Assembly (NCBI GenBank): GCA_037442105.1
Contig: JBBIQV010000020.1
Location: 1-48,846 of the forward strand
DNA from: Nitrospiraceae bacterium
Lineage (GTDB): Bacteria; Nitrospirota; Nitrospiria; Nitrospirales; Nitrospiraceae
Length of the DNA stretch: 48,846 nt
Direction of reading: 5' to 3'
The notes beneath the pieces were generated by a model. That model did no database searches. It was not told where the DNA came from and saw only the letters and a list, made by a program, of their open reading frames with translations. This document shows, piece after piece, positions 40,414 to 47,528 of the stretch. The first letter of the stretch is position 1. Every line of letters begins with the position of its first letter. The position numbers and the translations under genes are program-made.

Positions 40414-40649
40414 AGTTTGAGCTCTACACGGACGTGGCGCTGACGTGCGATCTACCGGAGCATCGGCTCCGTCGCGGCGACATTGTGAAACTGGTGGACC
40501 ATCACATCGCACCCGATGGAACGGAAGGGTACTCCATTGAAGTGTTCAACGCCGTCGGCGACACCATTGCCGTTACCACCGTCCCCGCTTCCGCCCTCGA
40601 AGCCCTCCGCGAAGACGAAGTGCTCTGCGCGCGGTCGCTGGCTAGCTAG
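40410..40649 (+). CDS. DUF4926-like small acidic protein (putative antitoxin/immunity)
   Basis: VALTCDLPEHRLRRGDI..LVD...GYSIEVFNA.GDTIAV. Confidence 0.82.
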   Translation: MKFELYTDVALTCDLPEHRLRRGDIVKLVDHHIAPDGTEGYSIEVFNAVGDTIAVTTVPASALEALREDEVLCARSLAS

Positions 40650-40654
40650 GTTGG

Positions 40655-40921
40655 CTGGTCAACACCACCAATATCACCTTCCACGGCATCGAATCAGAAG
40701 CCTTGCTGATCCTGCTCGATCAGGAAGGTGTCTGCGCCTCTTTAGGTTCAGCTTGTCTCGCCAATTCCGATGAGCCGTCGCCTGTCATCAAGGCGATGAA
40801 GCCCGAAAGCGCCGCGTCAAGGCAGATGATACGGTTTTCGTTGGGCACGGGCATGCGGAGAGAGGACATCGCTACGACGGTATCAGCGGTGAAACATGCA
40901 ATCGCAACGCTCCGGGCTTGA
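40655..40921 (+). pseudogene. Duplicated 3' end (267 bp) of the cysteine desulfurase gene
   Basis: Colinear with 39801-40067 at a constant 854-bp offset; 49-bp identical block; divergent final helix. Confidence 0.9.
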
Positions 40922-40946
40922 GTCTCCCTTGATGGTGCAGTATAAA
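40918..40946 (+). promoter_or_regulatory. Putative sigma70 promoter of the antitoxin-PemK pair
   Basis: TTGAGT-17-TATAAA; AGGTG RBS before ATG 40965. Confidence 0.6.
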
Positions 40947-40964
40947 ACTGGGGTAGGTGAAACG

Positions 40965-41150
40965 ATGAGAACGCTGCAAGAGATTGAAAAGGAGATCGAA
41001 GCTTTGCCGTTGCCTGACCGGCTTCGGCTCTACAAAGACATGCCGCAGTTGATCGGCCGGGATGTCGAGGACCTCGACTGGCAGCGACTGGCGATCGAGA
41101 ATTTCTTCCAGGACGACTCCCCGGACGATCACGTCTATGACGAAGTTTAG
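40965..41150 (+). CDS. Small acidic antitoxin
   Basis: 61 aa, acidic C-terminus DDSPDDHVYDEV; overlaps downstream PemK gene. Confidence 0.75.
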   Translation: MRTLQEIEKEIEALPLPDRLRLYKDMPQLIGRDVEDLDWQRLAIENFFQDDSPDDHVYDEV

Positions 41151-41481
41151 GGCCGGGGACATCGTCTCGGTGGAGTTTCCCTTCTCTGATCTCCAGACGC
41201 GTAAGCGCCGGCCGGGGCTGGTGCTCGTCGCTGGTGATGTTGACCTCTTGATTGCCCGTATGACCACACGCCCGCCCCGTGATCCATCGGATGTTGTACT
41301 CAACCACTGGGCCGAGATCGGTTTGCCACGGGCATCCACCGTTCGCCTCACCAGGCTCGCCACGGTAGACCGGCGGCTTGTTCGCCACAACATCGGACGT
41401 CTACACCCCGAAGACAGCCAGGCGGTAGCGCAAGCCTGGCAGCAATTGGCGGCCAACGTCGTGACCGAACTGCGCGAATAA
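41137..41481 (+). CDS. PemK/MazF-family toxin
   Basis: GDIVSVEFPFSD...KRRPGLVL, GLPRAS.VRL..L.TV, IGRL. Confidence 0.9.
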   Translation: MTKFRAGDIVSVEFPFSDLQTRKRRPGLVLVAGDVDLLIARMTTRPPRDPSDVVLNHWAEIGLPRASTVRLTRLATVDRRLVRHNIGRLHPEDSQAVAQAWQQLAANVVTELRE

Positions 41482-41506
41482 AGACGTAGAGCGAACGGTA
41501 TTTCCG

Positions 41507-41848
41507 ATGAAGTTTGATCTCTACAAGGATGCAGTGCTGATGTGCGATTTGCCGGAGCATCGGCTCCGTCGCGGCGACATTGTGAAACTGGTGGACCATC
41601 ACACTGCGCCTGATGGCTCAGAGGGCTACTCCATCGAGGTCTTCAACGCCCTGGGGGACACCATTGCCGTCACCGCAGTTGCCACCTCCGCCCTCGAAAC
41701 CCTCCGCGAAGACGAAGTGCTCTGCACGCGAACGCTGTATCAGTTTGTGATGAACGACGCCGCCGGGGATCACGTGTTTTCAGTCCGCTATGGATTCTGG
41801 AACTTGCGCTCACGATGCCATGCCAAACATGCCCTGTCTGGCCAGTAG
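41507..41848 (+). CDS. Second DUF4926-like gene; homology ends at about 41737 and the ORF reads through
   Basis: Near-identical to 40410-40649 (52-bp identical block); stop lost, tail overlaps the HNH gene 3' end. Confidence 0.7.
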   Translation: MKFDLYKDAVLMCDLPEHRLRRGDIVKLVDHHTAPDGSEGYSIEVFNALGDTIAVTAVATSALETLREDEVLCTRTLYQFVMNDAAGDHVFSVRYGFWNLRSRCHAKHALSGQ

Positions 41849-42693
41849 CTGCTGTCAACAGGAAGCTGTATCTGTTTCCCACCAATCTTGTGAAGCAACA
41901 TAGCTTCGTCGCCTGATTCATGGAAACGGTCTGACGCGACAATAACCCTGTAATCATCGGTAAGCGACCACAGACCTTGGTCGAAGAGCCAGTGGGCGTT
42001 TTTGCAGAGGGCGATGCCGTTTTGCGGGTGGTTGTTGCGGCTGTCGGCAAATTGGTGAATGTGGGCCGCGTCCACGATGCTGCCGGCATCCATGGTTACA
42101 CAGCGATAGCCGGTTAGCGCGCAAGTGTAATTGTAGGCGGGAACGACGGTCAGGCGGAAGCGCGCTTCACGACCGCGCTCCCGATCGGCTTCGTAACGCC
42201 TGGCGTCGGCTTTCACAACATCGTCGGACGGGACAGACAACTGGACCAAGCCGTACAATGCTGCGCGTTCGCCGGGATCAGTAAAGTACCGGGCGATAAG
42301 GACTCGGCGCAGTTGCTTCCGGAAGTCGGCATCGTAAAGACAGGCGAGAAAGCTCTCGTCGAGTCGAGCGGCAACGGCGCGGCGGCGTTCCTGAGCGGGC
42401 TTGCCTTCCTTGTCGAACGACACCCAGCAGCCATCGCTGTGCATGTGGTAAAAGGGCAGGTGGATGTCGGGCCTCTGGGAGCGTCGTTCGGCCACGACGG
42501 TCCAGAAGGCGAGGAAGCGGAAGACAAGTTCGCCGGTCAGTGGTAGCTCGGTGCCCGTAAGGGTTCCTTCTTCGGCGAGGTCGGCGACGACCAGCAGGAG
42601 CAGGGGCTTGTGCGGGGCGATATTATGTTTGCGGTCAACCCTCAGATTCGCGGCGATCTTGAGCCAGCGTTCGTGTTGGGTTGGCGCGTTCAT
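41788..42693 (-). CDS. Sulfur-binding-domain (SBD)-HNH endonuclease, phosphorothioate-dependent restriction type
   Basis: N-terminal APHKPLLLL and LPFYH motifs as in the ScoMcrA-type SBD; C-terminal AYNYTCALTG...AAHI...NGIALCKNAHWLFD HNH domain. Confidence 0.85.
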   Translation of the reverse strand: MNAPTQHERWLKIAANLRVDRKHNIAPHKPLLLLVVADLAEEGTLTGTELPLTGELVFRFLAFWTVVAERRSQRPDIHLPFYHMHSDGCWVSFDKEGKPAQERRRAVAARLDESFLACLYDADFRKQLRRVLIARYFTDPGERAALYGLVQLSVPSDDVVKADARRYEADRERGREARFRLTVVPAYNYTCALTGYRCVTMDAGSIVDAAHIHQFADSRNNHPQNGIALCKNAHWLFDQGLWSLTDDYRVIVASDRFHESGDEAMLLHKIGGKQIQLPVDSSYWPDRACLAWHRERKFQNP

Positions 42694-42705
42694 GCGAAGA
42701 CGCGG

Positions 42706-44016
42706 TCAGTTGCGAGAGGTAGCGGAGCGACAATAGTGGTAGGCTTCCAAATCGTCCTTCAAGATATTGAGCAGGTCGTCGGGTAGGCCGTGGGTGCGGT
42801 GGCTTTCGCTGTATTCCTCCACCTTGGCGAGCATGCGGCGGAGAATGTCGGCATTGATGCTCTTCTCGCGGGCGACTGCTTCTTCCATCTCACGCAGGCG
42901 ATTCAGTTCTTTGAGATCACCGTTCATGATCACACCTCGCTGTTTGTTGAGGATGCGGGCGACGCCTCGGCCGTCGTCTGGGTCGCGCGCGGCTTTCCAC
43001 AGTTGTTGGATCAACAGCAGTTCTTCCGGAGTAATCAGCGTGAGGCCGGTGTCCTCCTGCAGCTTGAGCAGGCGTTTGAGGAGTTCGCGACGGCCTTCGA
43101 TGGTGAGGGGACCGGGGCCCTCGTTGCCGTTCATGCGGCGGTCGTCGCGCCGCCCGTTGGCGGGGTTGCGGAATTCGAGAAGCGTTTCCCGGAAGGCGAG
43201 CAGGTGTTCCATGCGTTCGTCACCAGCAGCAAGCAAGCCCTCGCTGGCTTTGTCGCGCTCGACGACGGTGCAGGTCCAGCAGCCGAAACGGGAATTGCCA
43301 CAACTGGGAGTGCTGGTGTCAATCTGGATGGGGCATTCGCCGTTCGAGGCGTTAGCGTAGAGCTTATACAGCGGACGGTTGTCACCGCCCCATGGGTTAG
43401 GCTTTTGCAACAGGTACGCCCAGACCTCCTCTGTGGAGAGGAACTCGATGGGGTTGGATACCCAGACGCGAGGAAGGTCTGGGTGACGACGCAGACCCTT
43501 GCGAGTCTCAATTCCTGCCATGGTCTGGGCTCGCGTCGAGCTTTCGGCACGCCTGGCTCCTAGATGCAGGATCGCCTCACCCCAATGGCCAAGCCGCTGA
43601 TTTACGAATGCGTTGACCGGATCAATTTTCATCCGTTGGGTACACCAGCGGAAGGTGCGATTGGGCGGTGGATAGCCGCGACCGATGATGTTGACCCAGA
43701 ACGACTGCTCGGGCGGTGGTTTGAGCAAGTTGACCTCGATGTTGAGCCCATTCTGCTGAGAAAACTTGTGCATCCGCGCGAGAGCGCTTTCGACCATTTC
43801 GACGATCGCGGGGATTTCCACACGAGTGTCCGTGCACAGGACCGCGACCGGTTTTTTCCGGTTCTCCGTCGGCACGGCTAATACCGCATCAAATATCAAG
43901 GATGCCAACATCGTGCTGTCTTTTCCGCCGCTGAAACCAACCAGCCAAGGGCGGTTATCCTCCGAATACAGCTCGCGGAGATTGTTCCTGATTTCCTGGT
44001 AAACCGAGGCAACCAT
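42706..44016 (-). CDS. dndC: DNA phosphorothioation sulfurtransferase DndC (PAPS reductase family)
   Basis: PWLVGFSGGKDS, IIGRGYPPP...FRWCT.RMKIDP, GARRAES..RA, CGNSRFGCWTCTVV. Confidence 0.92.
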   Translation of the reverse strand: MVASVYQEIRNNLRELYSEDNRPWLVGFSGGKDSTMLASLIFDAVLAVPTENRKKPVAVLCTDTRVEIPAIVEMVESALARMHKFSQQNGLNIEVNLLKPPPEQSFWVNIIGRGYPPPNRTFRWCTQRMKIDPVNAFVNQRLGHWGEAILHLGARRAESSTRAQTMAGIETRKGLRRHPDLPRVWVSNPIEFLSTEEVWAYLLQKPNPWGGDNRPLYKLYANASNGECPIQIDTSTPSCGNSRFGCWTCTVVERDKASEGLLAAGDERMEHLLAFRETLLEFRNPANGRRDDRRMNGNEGPGPLTIEGRRELLKRLLKLQEDTGLTLITPEELLLIQQLWKAARDPDDGRGVARILNKQRGVIMNGDLKELNRLREMEEAVAREKSINADILRRMLAKVEEYSESHRTHGLPDDLLNILKDDLEAYHYCRSATSRN

Positions 44017-44023
44017 AGGCGCG

Positions 44024-44052
44024 AGTATGCCTTTGATGAGGGATGTTTACAA
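44024..44052 (-). promoter_or_regulatory. Putative leaderless promoter of dndC
   Basis: TTGTAA-17-CATACT, 7 nt before ATG; no SD. Confidence 0.5.
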
Positions 44053-44620
44053 GAGCGGCTTTCAACATGATTCGGCCATGGAAGAGGTTGCTCCCTGATG
44101 CGAATTTGGAAGAAGGGATTCCTTTACAGATGGCTGAGGAGGCCAGAGTCGTTCTTTGCTTGGCCTGCCCGACCAAATCGTGCACCAAGAGGATAAGGAT
44201 GGGGCATCAAGACTGTTGGCTGATTTGCCCGCGCCTACCACCAATTGCTACCTATTCCCCGGAGCAGCAGTCCCTAAACTTTTTTCTCGTGGCGGTCCTT
44301 GATAATTGGCGCAGGCAGGCTTACACGAGGACCGGAGGCGGTTACCGTACCAATGGATTCGTTCCATCAATTTCTCAAGCAGCCGGCTTTTGGCGTCTGT
44401 AGGGGCGTTCTGCTCCGTGACAGTTTTCTTCTCGTTCTGTATGCGGCCTGGGGCATTGTCTGTTTGGCCGCCGGATGCCAAGAACAGGGTTTTGTCTATC
44501 TTTGGGAACCGTTCGTGGTGATGCCGCTGCTCATCTCCCTCCGAAGAGAGCTGCTTCCTCGACCTATTCCAAATGCCTACGATTGCCCCGTGTGAAATAC
44601 GGTTTCGCTCAATACACGTA

Positions 44621-45625
44621 TCACGAAAGAAGGTAGCGCCCCGACTTCTTGGTTCCGACCCGTTGGACGAGGCCGGCTTCGAGCAAGGGCTTGAGTAGAT
44701 CCATCGCTCCTTGCTTCGACACGCCGATGCCGTTGCGGATTTCCTGCGGCGTCAGGCTTTTCCGATCTCTCAGCAGACGGAGTAACTGCTCTTGTTTGGG
44801 GCGTAGCACAATTTTCTTTGGCCCGGCACGTGCGGTGAGATGCTGAATGCGATCCCACACTTGTTCAAGAGTCAGATGCAAGGCCTCGGCACTATATTCC
44901 AACCATCCGCTGAGGTCGCCACCCTGCCTGCGCACCCCGGCTAGTGCGTCGTAGTATCTCGGACGATTCTCCCAATAGACTTCATCGACGGAACAAATGT
45001 GATGCGTATCAAATCCACGCCGATAGAGTTCCCAAAGCGCAAGCGCTCGGCCTGTTCGTCCGTTTCCATCCGCGAACGGATGGATGTCCTCGAATTGATA
45101 ATGGACAATGGCCGACGAGACGACCGGTGACCATTTCGAAGACTGCTCGTTCCACCATTCCAACAGCTCAGCCATCAACCCGCTGACCAAGTCAGGGGAA
45201 GGGGGCGTATATCGGCCTACGTACACCTGAATGCCGCGGTATCGGCCGGCTTCTCCCTGGTCCATCACCCCTTTGGCCATGATCGTGTGGAGTTTCAAGA
45301 CGTCCTTCTGGGTGATCGGCTTCTTGGCGACATGCTTCTCAATGAAGCGAAGACCGGCGAGGTAATTGAGCACCTCTCGGGTGGCGCGTGGGGGCGCTGT
45401 CGGCAGGGATTGCCCCTCTTCCAAGAGGCGGACTTGTTCCAGCGTGAGCGGATTGCCTTCAATGGCGGTGGAGCTGTGGGTGTTTCGGATGCGCGCGTCT
45501 TTTTGTAGGGTGGGAATCCAGGGGACTTGCACCATCGCGGCGAGAATTGTTTCCCGAAACGCGGCGATTGCTTCGATCGTGGTTAAGAGATGCGCGGTAA
45601 TGGTGAACGTCGGGTGCAAGGCCAT
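44621..45625 (-). CDS. Fic family protein with C-terminal winged HTH
   Basis: HPFADGNGRTGR Fic motif; STAIEGN inhibitory (S/T)xxxE(G/N) motif; C-terminal HTH-like segment. Confidence 0.93.
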   Translation of the reverse strand: MALHPTFTITAHLLTTIEAIAAFRETILAAMVQVPWIPTLQKDARIRNTHSSTAIEGNPLTLEQVRLLEEGQSLPTAPPRATREVLNYLAGLRFIEKHVAKKPITQKDVLKLHTIMAKGVMDQGEAGRYRGIQVYVGRYTPPSPDLVSGLMAELLEWWNEQSSKWSPVVSSAIVHYQFEDIHPFADGNGRTGRALALWELYRRGFDTHHICSVDEVYWENRPRYYDALAGVRRQGGDLSGWLEYSAEALHLTLEQVWDRIQHLTARAGPKKIVLRPKQEQLLRLLRDRKSLTPQEIRNGIGVSKQGAMDLLKPLLEAGLVQRVGTKKSGRYLLS

Positions 45626-45632
45626 GGTTGGC

Positions 45633-45674
45633 AGGGTAAAGATAAGTCAAGTATAAGTCAAGTTATGAGTCAAC
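45633..45674 (-). promoter_or_regulatory. fic promoter with three tandem 11-bp repeats
   Basis: ataagtcaagt x2 + tatgagtcaac; minus strand TTGACT-17-TACCCT, 7 nt before ATG. Confidence 0.6.
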
Positions 45675-45734
45675 CTCGAAAGCAGGCTTGCGAAGGTCTG
45701 GCGGCGTGGGCGGGAGGTGTGTGAAGAGGCGACT

Positions 45735-45950
45735 TAGCCCGCATTATTCATGAACGTTTCTACTGCAACCGCCGATACGCCGCTGCGACCAGCCTGGACG
45801 CGGCTGGCGCTGCGCCCAAGCAGGCGGGCTCGCCGCTCGGTCGGTCAACATACTGTTTCAAGTATGCCTCCCTCCCTTACGGCTCCGCGCGCCTGTCTCG
45901 CCTGGCGTCTTGGCGGTTTCGTCACGAACCGTCATGAATAATGCGGGCTA
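45735..45950. mobile_element. MITE-like element, copy 3 (opposite orientation to copies 1 and 2)
   Basis: Perfect IR tagcccgcattattcatga / tcatgaataatgcgggcta; interior aligns to copy 1 once its insertions are removed. Confidence 0.8.
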
Positions 45951-46039
45951 GGATAATGCGATCAAGAGGGCGCGTCCGGAAGAATCAGAATCGTAAGTGC
46001 CGGCATACAGAAGAAAGGACCACTGGAGGTATTGAATAT

Positions 46040-46064
46040 CCCCGCGCACATTTGAGGCGCGGGG
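46040..46064. terminator. Hairpin downstream of the tRNA-Lys 3' fragment
   Basis: ccccgcgc-9 nt-gcgcgggg. Confidence 0.45.
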
Positions 46065-46081
46065 TCGAACGAAGTTCGGTT

Positions 46082-46126
46082 TGGTGGGCCGTGCAGGGGT
46101 CGAACCTGCGGCCCGCTGATTAAGAG
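46082..46126 (-). other. 3' half of tRNA-Lys(CTT): integrative-element att site
   Basis: Minus strand CTCTTAAtcagcgggccgcagGTTCGAcccctgcacggcccACCA; no D-arm or 5' acceptor strand upstream. Confidence 0.85.
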
Positions 46127-46421
46127 AGCGTTCAGGGCGGTTTTGGCAAAGGCTTGATTGGACTCTGGTTTCCCCGTTTTTCTGACAAATCAGCCTCTTG
46201 CGCGCCTTCTATTGGTTCTATCCAGTCTAGCTTCTCTCGTTTTTCGACCCTGTCTATCACAAAGTATCACACTCATGTTCAGTGCGAGGCCTGCTGAGTT
46301 TTTCGAAACCGCGCCGTCAGTGGCCCACTGAGCGGAACTCAACGGGCCAGGCGCAGAGGTCTTGTGAGGGGGTGCCGAGTCGGTTTCCAAACAAAGGACC
46401 TCTTGTGCAGGAAGAGAAAGC

Positions 46422-46473
46422 TTGACAGACTTTTACCTGATTGGCTATTTTGCCCGTACGGTAAAAATAGCCA
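46422..46473 (+). promoter_or_regulatory. Promoter and palindromic operator of the type IV TA operon
   Basis: TTGACA at 46422; near-perfect IR tggctattttgcccgtacggtaaaaatagcca at 46442-46473. Confidence 0.65.
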
Positions 46474-46486
46474 TTTTGGTAAAAAT

Positions 46487-47521
46487 ATGCCGACGGAGAG
46501 CCAAATCATCGCCAGCCTAAATCAACGGCTCCCCGAGCTGCTCCCGGCCCTCGACGTGGAGGTACAGCGGCCTCGCCGGGAGGATTCTTGGGATCTTGCC
46601 CTGAAGATCCGAGCGGCCGGGACGACGCGACGGGTCATCTGCGAGGTCAAGTCCGTGGGCGAACCACGCTACCTGGCCCAAGCGATCACCACTCTCATGC
46701 GCACAACCCGGAAGGACCCCAGACTGTATCCTCTTGTGGTCGCTCCCTACATCTCACCGGAAGGGCAACGCCTCTGCCGTGAGGCCAAGGTGGGATATCT
46801 CGACCTGGCAGGAAACGCGTTTCTTCGTTTCGACGGGGTGCTCGTGGACCGGGCAAGCCCCAAACCTCCTCCGAGAGCAAAGACCCGGCTGAGGCGGCTG
46901 TTCGCCCCCAAGTCTTCGAGAATTATCCGGGTGCTCCTCGAACAACGAGGGGAGAGCTGGACACTGGCCCGCCTGGCCGAGGAGGCGACCGTCAGCCTGC
47001 GGACCACCCACCTGGTGATCAACGCGCTTGAGGAGAAGGCGTTTGTCGAGAAGCGGCGCGGAGCGATCATGCTTCAGAAGCCCGGGGAGCTGCTCGATCT
47101 GTGGGCCCAAGACTACAACGTTGAGCAGAATCGGCAGCACATGTTTTACACATTCGTCCGGAGTCCCGGCGAGCTGGCGGCCAAGCTCTGCGCCTACGCC
47201 GTGAGCAAGAAGGAGACAGTGGCCTTGACCCTCCATAGCGGAGCGGCGTTCGTCGCGCCCTTCGTCCGATCACCGGACGTGCATGCCTACTTCGCGGGCG
47301 ATCGGGAGCGGCTCGTGAAGGCTCTGGATCTCAGACCCGTGGAATCCGGCGGCACCGTCCATCTCCTTGAGCCTTACGATGAGGGGGTCTTCTATCGGAT
47401 GCAGACCATCCGAGGGGTCCGTGTGGTCTGTAACACGCAGCTCTATCTCGACCTTATCACTTACCCGGCGCGCGGACGCGAGCAGGCGGAAGTGCTTCGC
47501 CGCCAGAAGTTAGGCTACTGA
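46487..47521 (+). CDS. AbiEi-like antitoxin / transcriptional regulator (type IV TA)
   Basis: EVKS..EPR, APYISP, GYLDLAGN, central wHTH, LLDLW, C-terminal QLYLDL...RGREQAE. Confidence 0.8.
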   Translation: MPTESQIIASLNQRLPELLPALDVEVQRPRREDSWDLALKIRAAGTTRRVICEVKSVGEPRYLAQAITTLMRTTRKDPRLYPLVVAPYISPEGQRLCREAKVGYLDLAGNAFLRFDGVLVDRASPKPPPRAKTRLRRLFAPKSSRIIRVLLEQRGESWTLARLAEEATVSLRTTHLVINALEEKAFVEKRRGAIMLQKPGELLDLWAQDYNVEQNRQHMFYTFVRSPGELAAKLCAYAVSKKETVALTLHSGAAFVAPFVRSPDVHAYFAGDRERLVKALDLRPVESGGTVHLLEPYDEGVFYRMQTIRGVRVVCNTQLYLDLITYPARGREQAEVLRRQKLGY

Positions 47522-47528
47522 CTACCCA

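Noticed and set aside
39801..41740. Integron cassette array or CRISPR array
   Set aside because: No attC-like structures, integrase or regular repeat-spacer pattern; the repeats are gene fragments
44055..44600. Possible dndB or other gene upstream of dndC
   Set aside because: Only short ORFs with no DGQHR or other motif; probably decayed or non-coding DNA
46082..46160. Intact tRNA-Lys gene
   Set aside because: No D-arm or complementary 5' acceptor strand; only the 3' half is present
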